64,000 nucleotides of DNA from an uncultured Pseudomonadota bacterium (GTDB lineage: Bacteria; Myxococcota_A; Polyangia; Fen-1088): positions 160,001 to 224,000 of the forward strand of contig CAWKBC010000047.1 in NCBI GenBank assembly GCA_963847705.1. The letters run 5' to 3'. The position numbers and the translations under genes were made by a program. The stretch's first letter is position 1; each line of letters begins with the position of its first letter. Positions 56,991 to 64,000 of the stretch are shown here, in pieces. The notes below the pieces were generated by a model, which saw only the letters and a program-made list of their open reading frames with translations, had not been told where the DNA came from and did no database searches.

Positions 56991-58643
56991 CTACGGTGAC
57001 AGGGGAATCGTCGGGCCAGGTACCAAGCCCCGCCGGCTGCCGGTGAAGACCTGAACGCTGACGAGCGGCGACGCGGAGTCTGTCACCGCGTCGGCGTACA
57101 CGCCCACCACGACATCGTCGATGCCGTCGCCGTTGACGTCCCCCACGCCGCCGCGGCTCTGCTCCACCAGGGCCGTGAAGGGGACCGGCAGCGTGGTGCC
57201 GTTGGGGTCGAAGGTTCCGCCGGGGAGGCCAAGGTGAAGCTCGGTGGCGAAGCCGGCCTGGTCGCCGTTGCCGCGGCCGAGGATCAGATCCAGAAGCCCG
57301 TCGCCGTTGAAGTCTCCCGTGGCTTCCGCGGTGTTGTCGGGGCAGATCTCGCTGCCGCAGGGCCCCGCAAGGAAGGTCTGGAACGGGACGCCTGAGGGGC
57401 CCGACGGCCCGCCGCGCAGCAGCGCGAGGGCATCCTCGGCGGGGTCGATGTACCCGAGGTCGGCGAAGCCGTCGAAGTTGGAGTCGAAGAGCACCGGGAC
57501 GACATGGGCGAGAGGGACGCCCGTCGTGCCTGCGACCGGGGAGGTGCGCAAGAAGGGCGTGGTCCCGCCGAAGGCCAGGACGATGGGGACCCCGTTCGAG
57601 ATGTTGACCACGTCCGAAAACCCGTCACCGTCGAAGTCACCGTCCAGGCCGAAGTAGCTCAGAAAGCCGCTCAATGGCGGATCGGCGATGCCCGAGACGA
57701 GACCGATGGGGCTGCCGTAAAACGTCAGGACCTGCGCCCCGGTGGATGGCGAATAGAAGGTCGCCAGGAGATCGCCGTAGCCGTCGCCGTTCAGATCGCC
57801 GGCCGGGCCCATGTTGTTGATTCCGCCGAGGAGCGTCAGAGCCTCCTCGGCGACGCCCACGTCGAAACCGGTCCCGTTCGAGAGCATCAGGTCCGGCTGC
57901 CAGTTCGGCTCCAGCGGCGCCGGGGGAACCAGGTAATCCATCCGCATCACGTCGGTGAGTCCGTTTCCGTCGACGTCGCCGGCGGCGACGCCCGCGGTCA
58001 TGGTGGTGTTGGGCCGCGTCGGCAGCATGGCGAGTGATGCCTTGCCCAGACCCCGCGGGCCGCCCAGCAGGACCCGGTCATCGGTCACGAAGTCAGCGAA
58101 CCCATCGCCATTGACGTCCACCCGCGTGCCGACCGCCGTGGTCCTTGCCGCCGTGTGCGACGGCAGGAACAGCAGCCAGGTCGGGCTGGACGCGCCGCTG
58201 TCCGTCCGCCTCCCCTTCCTGATGGCGCGCGCCCGCCAGAACACCCGCGAGGCCCTGAGCGGGCGCGAAGGCGTCGCGGAGGTCGTGCCGGCCAGCTGCT
58301 CGATCACCCTGTCACAGGCACGATCCGCGCACAGGTCGACGACCGCGCCGTCGGCGCCGTCCCCGAGTTCCCAGCGCAAGAGCGGCTGGTTTGTCGAGCT
58401 CAGGCTGCCCGACAGCGGCGCAATCAACCGCACCGTGCCGGCGGGTGGCGGCGAGCCGACCGGGCCGCAATGAGGGGCGCCTCGATGGGCGGCTGGCTGC
58501 GCCGGCAACGACGTCTGTGCCGCGACCACCGGCTCCACTTCGAGAGGCGCGGGCGCGTCATCTCGCCCGCACCCGACCAGATGTGACGTCGCAACCAAGA
58601 TCGTCACGGCCGAATTCATTCCCCACCGCTTCGTCATCCCCAT
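56991..58643 (-). CDS. FG-GAP/VCBS repeat lipoprotein
   Basis: LVGC lipobox; RLIAPLSG..LRWE..FWRARA domain; multiple GD(V/L/F)(N/D)GDGxxD repeats. Confidence 0.88.
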   Translation of the reverse strand: MGMTKRWGMNSAVTILVATSHLVGCGRDDAPAPLEVEPVVAAQTSLPAQPAAHRGAPHCGPVGSPPPAGTVRLIAPLSGSLSSTNQPLLRWELGDGADGAVVDLCADRACDRVIEQLAGTTSATPSRPLRASRVFWRARAIRKGRRTDSGASSPTWLLFLPSHTAARTTAVGTRVDVNGDGFADFVTDDRVLLGGPRGLGKASLAMLPTRPNTTMTAGVAAGDVDGNGLTDVMRMDYLVPPAPLEPNWQPDLMLSNGTGFDVGVAEEALTLLGGINNMGPAGDLNGDGYGDLLATFYSPSTGAQVLTFYGSPIGLVSGIADPPLSGFLSYFGLDGDFDGDGFSDVVNISNGVPIVLAFGGTTPFLRTSPVAGTTGVPLAHVVPVLFDSNFDGFADLGYIDPAEDALALLRGGPSGPSGVPFQTFLAGPCGSEICPDNTAEATGDFNGDGLLDLILGRGNGDQAGFATELHLGLPGGTFDPNGTTLPVPFTALVEQSRGGVGDVNGDGIDDVVVGVYADAVTDSASPLVSVQVFTGSRRGLVPGPTIPLSP

Positions 58644-58927
58644 GGGAGAGCTCCTTTCAAGAAGCTCAGAGAGTGGGGACCTCTTGCGAAAGGACAATCG
58701 ACCGGTCAGAAAACGAGGCAATCACCCAAGGGTAGTACCGCTGATTGCAGGAGCTCGAAGCGGCGGTAATCGCCGTCGCCGGCCCGCGTCCGGAAGAGGG
58801 AGTGGGCCCGGGGAGGGCATTCACCACACTGGCGCGCCGTTTGGCGTGATCGGTCAACTATGCGGCGCGTGCCGACAAGCGAGCTGGAAGGGCCGGCGCT
58901 ATGAAGGAGCGACCACGGAGGGGGGCC

Positions 58928-59143
58928 ATGACGAAGAAGGTGTCGGGAACCGATCCCGGCCAGCGCAGACTGAACGGACCACAAACGACCGGTCGCGACT
59001 ACCGCAACCTCTCGCAGCCGGAGTACGAGATGGCGCGCGACGACGATGTGGCGGTACCGATGAGGGACGGTGTGGCCCTTCTCGCGGACGTGCACCGCCC
59101 GACCAAGCCGGGGCACTATCCGGTGCTCATCGCCGCCGCCGCC
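58928..59143 (+). pseudogene. N-terminal fragment of a CocE/NonD family hydrolase
   Basis: GGAGG SD; RRLNGPQTTGRDYRNLS..VAVPMRDGVALLADVHRP..YPVLIAA, ending in a GCC run where the PY motif should follow. Confidence 0.8.
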
Positions 59144-59199
59144 CGGTGGGTGGCAGAAATAATCTTGCCCTGGATCGGCGCGCCAGGGGTTTCCTGTGC

Positions 59200-62100
59200 A
59201 TGAACCGAATCCCGGCCGTTCGCCCCGTTCTCCCGATCGCCTTGCTGCTGCTGGGGACTGCCTGGACGACAACGTCCGGCGGCTGCGGCCGCGGAACCGA
59301 CACCTCGGGCGCCGGCGAGGTGACCGAAACCCGGAGCGATCTCACGGCGGCGTGCACCTCCAGCTCGATCACGGTGCTAGATCTGCAGGCGGACTTTCGC
59401 GATATCTGGAAGGGGACCGAGACGCCGGACACGGGCAAGCAGACCGATCCGATCCCCACCGTCGGCGTCGACTTCAGCAGCACGGTTCAACCCTCCCAGG
59501 TCGCGGCGCAGTTCGTTCCGGTCAACACCGACGGGACCTGCGGACCGACGGTTCCGGCGTCGTCGGGCTCCTCGGTGGTGGCTTCAGCCGTGTGGGGGAC
59601 CGCCACGTCCGACAGCGCGCGCGCCCCGAACCCCTCGGCGTTCAACGTGTTCGTCCGCGACACCATCTCGGGGATCGTCAGCGCCGGGGGCGCCGTCGCG
59701 GCCGGCGGGGACGTGACCCTGTCGAGCATGGCCATCAACGGGACCGTCCACCAGCCCGTCGGCCTGATCTCGGGCGGCAAGGTGACGACCACCAGCGGCT
59801 CGATCTCCGGCAACGTCACCTACGGCGTGCAGAGCACCTTCCCGCAGACGGTCACGGTCTCGGGCACCAAGAGCTTGTCGTCGTTCAGCACCACGGCGGC
59901 CTTTCAGGACCTCGCCTCACTGTCGGCGCTGCTGGCGGACGAGACGCCGAACGGCACCACGACCAGCGCCAACGGCAACCTGCAGCTGACCGGCAGCAAC
60001 GCCGCGCTGAACACCTTCCAGGTCTCGGCGGACACGTTGTCGCAGGCGTCGTTCGTTCAGATCACGGTGCCGGCCAATGCGGCGGCGATCGTCAATGTGA
60101 CCGGAAACATGAGCCTGACCCTGCAAAACAAGGGGCTCTCGCTGCAGGGCGCGACGGCGGCGACGCTGCTGTGGAACATCCCGGCCGCTGCCTTCGTGCA
60201 GATCTCCGGCATTTCGCTCCAGGGGTCGATCCTGGCGCCGCGGTCGCTGGTGACCTTCGACAGCGGCAGCCTCAGCGGCACGCTGGTGGCGCAGGCGTTC
60301 ATCAGCTCGGGCTCGGGCTCGCTGCAGGCGACCCCGCTCACCGTCTCGAAGCTGTTCCCGACCACGACGCCCAGCCTGGTGCGGCTCGTCCCCGCGCAGC
60401 CGCTGGTCCGCGGGTGCAGCTACCACTTCCTCATCCCGGCGACGACGCCACTGACGACGGCGGGCGGCTGTCTCGCCGCGCCGATCGACGTTCAGTTCCG
60501 GGTGGCCTCCAGCGTGGTGCCCGCCGCCGGGCGCGAGCTGACGAACGTCCAGCCCGATCCGGCGCTGCACACGCTGCGGCGGTTCTCCGCCCGGGCCGGC
60601 GTCAACACGCCGGTCGACCAGGTGTGGGACCGGTACCAGGCGGCGATCGGGATCGCCTCGTCGAACCTGGTGCCGACGGCCATCGCCCGTCCGAGCTCGA
60701 CCCTCTCGGGACAGACGGTCACCGTCTACCAGCAGTACGCGCAGGGCTATCCCGTCGCCGGATACGGCTACTTCGTGGCCACCCAGAGCGGAATCTTCCG
60801 CGCCGCCAACGGCAAGGTCATGCCGGGGCTGCCCGTGTTCGCGCCGCCGGCGGTGACGTCGGCGTCTGCGCTGCAGTCGGCGCTCACCTATCTGAAGATC
60901 TCACCGGCCCCCTGGGTCAGCAATCCGAGCGTGAACCACGCGCCCACCGGCCAGCTGGCCGTGGTCTCGAAGCACATCTATCCCACCGGGACCGACTTCG
61001 TCCTGGCCTGGGACTTCCGGTTCGGGCAGGGGACCGGCATCCTCGACCCCGCGGGCGTCCAGGTCGACGCCACGACCGGAGCCGTGCTCGCGGTGGACCC
61101 CGGCAAAATGGGGCTCACCCCGCTGCCGGCGCAGGCCAAGTACAGCGGGCAGGTGAGCAGCACGGTCGACACGATTTACAACGGAAGCGCGCGCCCGTTC
61201 AGCGTGGCGTCCTACCAGCCCCCGGGCCAGTCACTGGTGACCACCCTGGCGTCCGGGGACATCGCGGCGCCGGGCACACTGGCCACCGTCACAGGCGTGA
61301 CCGAGGACAAGAACGGCAACCTGATCGGGACGCCTCAGTTCATCGTCGATCCGACGCCGCTCACCCCTTGGGTCGCGACCGACAAGGTCGAACAGCGGAT
61401 GGCCACGCTGCAGTGGGCGCTCGAGCTCTCGAACAGCTTCATGCAGTCGCTGAGCTTGAAGATGGACGGCGGCGCGCTCTGGCAGAACATCGACGGACCG
61501 GCCGCCCATCAACAGGTCCACATCAACTACACCGACGGAACCACTCCGGCCGCCGATTCGGCGCTCTATTCGACGACGGCCAGCACGCCCGATCTGGCGC
61601 AGATCTTCATCGACCTGTCGTCCGGGTTCCCCCTGCAAGCGGGGACGATCGCGCACGAGTACACGCACGCCTTGATAGACGGCCTTCGCCGCGCGAACGG
61701 GCTCGGAGGGGCCAAAGGGGTGGGGACGCTGGCGCTTTACAACGAGGCCGCCTCGATCAACGAGGCGCTCGCCGATCTGTTCGCGATCTCCCTGAACCAC
61801 AGCAGTCCCACCCAGGCGACGCCCTGGTTCTGTATCGAGTTGGACCTCGGTTTCGGTCCCGAGTGCTACCGCAACATCTCCGATCCCACCGTGAGCCTCG
61901 GTGTCCCGCTTCCGGGCGGGCAGGCCGGTTTCGCGGACCTCTACGGGGACACCACCCATCGATACGGCAACTACGCCGCGCTCCCCGCCTCGGCGTGCAC
62001 CGAGGCCGCCAACAACGACAGATGCGGCGCCCACCAGAACTCGACGATCATCAGCCGCTGGGGGTACCTGCTGGCGATGGGGACGGGCGGGCTGACCGAC

Positions 62101-64000
62101 GTCCCCTGCGGTCTCACGTTCGGGCCGCTCGATCCCAATCCGGACACCGCGCTCCGGATCGTCCTCGACGTCGCGCTGACCGCGGTGTCGACGCGGACCG
62201 GTCTGACCAGCGGCGGCTTGATCTCCACCGCGACCTTCGCGGACTTCCGCGACGCGACTCTCCAGGTGGCCAGCGAGATGGTGGACGCGGGCACCCTCTC
62301 GGCGGCCATGCTCTCGAAGATCGAGCTCGCCTGGGACGCGGTGGGGCTGCCGCCGCTCACCTCGCATCCGGACGCGGCCGCGCCGGTCGTCGCTCCGGCC
62401 AACCTCGCCGGCGCCTACCCGTGGGCGACGTTCACCTGGCCTGACGTGGGCAATGGTCAATCGGCGGGATCGTGGGACTTCCAGCTCACCACGGCGACCT
62501 TCGACACCCCGACCTTCCACCAGGAATTGGTCACGGAGCCTTCGGCGGACTCCACCTCCACGGTGCTGCCGCTGGCGCTCCCCTCCAACACGTCGGACAC
62601 CTACTACTGGCGCGTGCGCCCGGCCAGCACCTCGGCGTGGGCGACCTGTTATCCGATCTATTCGTTCGTCGGCACCACCGTCCCCGATCCGGTGAACGAC
62701 CTGCAGATCGCGCCGGCATCGCTGGCGTCCGTCAAAGGCGACGTGCTCCCCGGGGTCTTCACCTCCACCTGGGACTACGTGCGCGGGACGGTGACGCCCG
62801 ACTACGACTTCTACATCGGCACCCAGAATCCGGGGTGCATGGTGAGCGACGGCGTCACCAAGATCTCGGGGGGAGGGGTGGCGACCGACGGCGTGACCGA
62901 TACCTACGAAGCGCCCTTCGTCTCCCAGCCGAAGACCCACTACTTCCTGAACGTGCGCCCGATCGGTCCGCCCGACTTCACGGGGGCGACCACCCACGGC
63001 GACTGCAACAAGCTGGAGTTCGACACCGCCGATCTGCTGCCGCCGACGGTCGCCACCGGGGACAATGAAGGCATGATCTACACCGATCACTGGACCATGG
63101 GCTTCAATTGGACGACCTCGGGCGGGGCCGTGAAGTCGGACATCACGCTCTACACGCGTGACGCCAACGGCGACTGCGGAACGAAGGTGGTGGGCGGGCC
63201 CTATGAGGTGCAATCGAACTGTGCGCGCAGCTGCGACGAGAACTTCGCCTTGCCCCCGACCACCACCCTGCCGAGCCCGACCGGCTATTGCTGGGCGATC
63301 ACCGATGTGGCGGCCAACGGGGATGCGAGCCCGACGCCGCCACCAACGGAGATGAAGAAGGTTGGGTTCAGCGCCTTTACCCTCAACCCGCAGCCAGGGG
63401 CCCTCTGGGCGGACGTGTTCGTCGGCGATAGCGAAGGCAACCTTCCTGGCGACTCCTACGGCAAGCCGGTGACCTTCTCCTGGACGACGCTGCCCAACTT
63501 TGCCTCGGCGCCGGCGTACGGGTTCAAGATCGGGCGCTGGTTCTGGCCGCAACAGCTCTCGGCGCCCGACCCCGTGAACTGCGTCGACGGGAACACCAGC
63601 CTCAACCTCTGCCAGCGCGGCCCGACCGCGGACACACTCTTCGAGACCGTCTTCCGTGACGGTGGCTTTACGGAGACTCTGCCCGCCGCCCAGGCCGGCA
63701 AGGGGCGCTACTGCTGGGGGGTCTGGCCAATCTTCGACGATCCCGCCCACCCGGGGACGGACGCGGCCGGGCCCTCGGTCGACTTTCAGCTCGAGTGCTA
63801 CACGACCGGTCCGGCCCTGCCCCGGATCAACGTGCCGGACGGTCCCAACTATTCAACCGATCCCAATATGCCGCCGCCCCGTTTCACCCACGATGCGATC
63901 AACGGCACCGTCGAGCTCGATTACATCCCGGACAATCAGATGAAGGGGACCGTGACGGTGAACGGCGGCGAGACGTCGCAGTTCGACACCTCCGCCTGCC
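59200..64000 (+). CDS. Very large lipoprotein (>1600 aa, runs off window): choice-of-anchor A domain + M4 (thermolysin-like) metallopeptidase with propeptide + Fn3/Ig-like repeats
   Basis: Manual translation from ATG 59200: SGGC lipobox; FNVFV..GAVAAGGDV..LLWNIP..QGSILAP; VYQQYAQGYPV (FTP), VDATTGAVL (PepSY), AHEYTH at 61651-61668, SINEALADLF, GAHQNS. Same frame continues to the window end. Confidence 0.85.
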   Translation, partial: MNRIPAVRPVLPIALLLLGTAWTTTSGGCGRGTDTSGAGEVTETRSDLTAACTSSSITVLDLQADFRDIWKGTETPDTGKQTDPIPTVGVDFSSTVQPSQVAAQFVPVNTDGTCGPTVPASSGSSVVASAVWGTATSDSARAPNPSAFNVFVRDTISGIVSAGGAVAAGGDVTLSSMAINGTVHQPVGLISGGKVTTTSGSISGNVTYGVQSTFPQTVTVSGTKSLSSFSTTAAFQDLASLSALLADETPNGTTTSANGNLQLTGSNAALNTFQVSADTLSQASFVQITVPANAAAIVNVTGNMSLTLQNKGLSLQGATAATLLWNIPAAAFVQISGISLQGSILAPRSLVTFDSGSLSGTLVAQAFISSGSGSLQATPLTVSKLFPTTTPSLVRLVPAQPLVRGCSYHFLIPATTPLTTAGGCLAAPIDVQFRVASSVVPAAGRELTNVQPDPALHTLRRFSARAGVNTPVDQVWDRYQAAIGIASSNLVPTAIARPSSTLSGQTVTVYQQYAQGYPVAGYGYFVATQSGIFRAANGKVMPGLPVFAPPAVTSASALQSALTYLKISPAPWVSNPSVNHAPTGQLAVVSKHIYPTGTDFVLAWDFRFGQGTGILDPAGVQVDATTGAVLAVDPGKMGLTPLPAQAKYSGQVSSTVDTIYNGSARPFSVASYQPPGQSLVTTLASGDIAAPGTLATVTGVTEDKNGNLIGTPQFIVDPTPLTPWVATDKVEQRMATLQWALELSNSFMQSLSLKMDGGALWQNIDGPAAHQQVHINYTDGTTPAADSALYSTTASTPDLAQIFIDLSSGFPLQAGTIAHEYTHALIDGLRRANGLGGAKGVGTLALYNEAASINEALADLFAISLNHSSPTQATPWFCIELDLGFGPECYRNISDPTVSLGVPLPGGQAGFADLYGDTTHRYGNYAALPASACTEAANNDRCGAHQNSTIISRWGYLLAMGTGGLTDVPCGLTFGPLDPNPDTALRIVLDVALTAVSTRTGLTSGGLISTATFADFRDATLQVASEMVDAGTLSAAMLSKIELAWDAVGLPPLTSHPDAAAPVVAPANLAGAYPWATFTWPDVGNGQSAGSWDFQLTTATFDTPTFHQELVTEPSADSTSTVLPLALPSNTSDTYYWRVRPASTSAWATCYPIYSFVGTTVPDPVNDLQIAPASLASVKGDVLPGVFTSTWDYVRGTVTPDYDFYIGTQNPGCMVSDGVTKISGGGVATDGVTDTYEAPFVSQPKTHYFLNVRPIGPPDFTGATTHGDCNKLEFDTADLLPPTVATGDNEGMIYTDHWTMGFNWTTSGGAVKSDITLYTRDANGDCGTKVVGGPYEVQSNCARSCDENFALPPTTTLPSPTGYCWAITDVAANGDASPTPPPTEMKKVGFSAFTLNPQPGALWADVFVGDSEGNLPGDSYGKPVTFSWTTLPNFASAPAYGFKIGRWFWPQQLSAPDPVNCVDGNTSLNLCQRGPTADTLFETVFRDGGFTETLPAAQAGKGRYCWGVWPIFDDPAHPGTDAAGPSVDFQLECYTTGPALPRINVPDGPNYSTDPNMPPPRFTHDAINGTVELDYIPDNQMKGTVTVNGGETSQFDTSAC

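Noticed and set aside
59196-63750. Long track ORFs 59196-62444 (+) and 61231-63750 (-)
   Set aside because: Arg/Gly/Pro-rich shadow frames of the real gene starting at 59200, which has clear protease motifs.

Overview
This is a high-GC bacterial chromosomal window with Myxococcota (Polyangia-like) gene content: many lipoproteins, hybrid histidine kinases, an ECF/anti-sigma/caspase module and a tandem Hsp20 pair. I found no rRNA, tRNA, CRISPR array, transposase or phage gene. Recognisable loci are a split-pqiA/pqiB/pqiC operon, an RND efflux pair with a TetR, an arylsulfatase/metallophosphoesterase cluster, a GH79-like enzyme, kefF-kefC, MFS and ArsB-type transporters, four histidine kinases plus a NarL-type regulator, hsp20-hsp20/degP and a LysR. 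The most interesting candidates are: (1) a translationally coupled operon of ECF sigma, zinc anti-sigma, exported caspase fused to a probable outer-membrane barrel, and lipoprotein (9814-13379); (2) a convergent phospholipase-C-family lipoprotein whose catalytic motifs are all substituted although the ORF is intact (7525-9789); (3) a five-gene envelope cluster of YtkA-like, Cys-Cys barrel, redoxin, cytochrome c and His-rich lipoprotein genes that looks like a metal (copper) handling system (52552-55737); (4) a >1600-aa choice-of-anchor-A plus thermolysin (M4) lipoprotein missing from the ORF track (59200 to window end); (5) a GhoS-like ORF with a tandemly duplicated Shine-Dalgarno region; and (6) several abruptly cut gene fragments with no mobile element in view. 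All family calls come from motif recognition by eye, not database searches.
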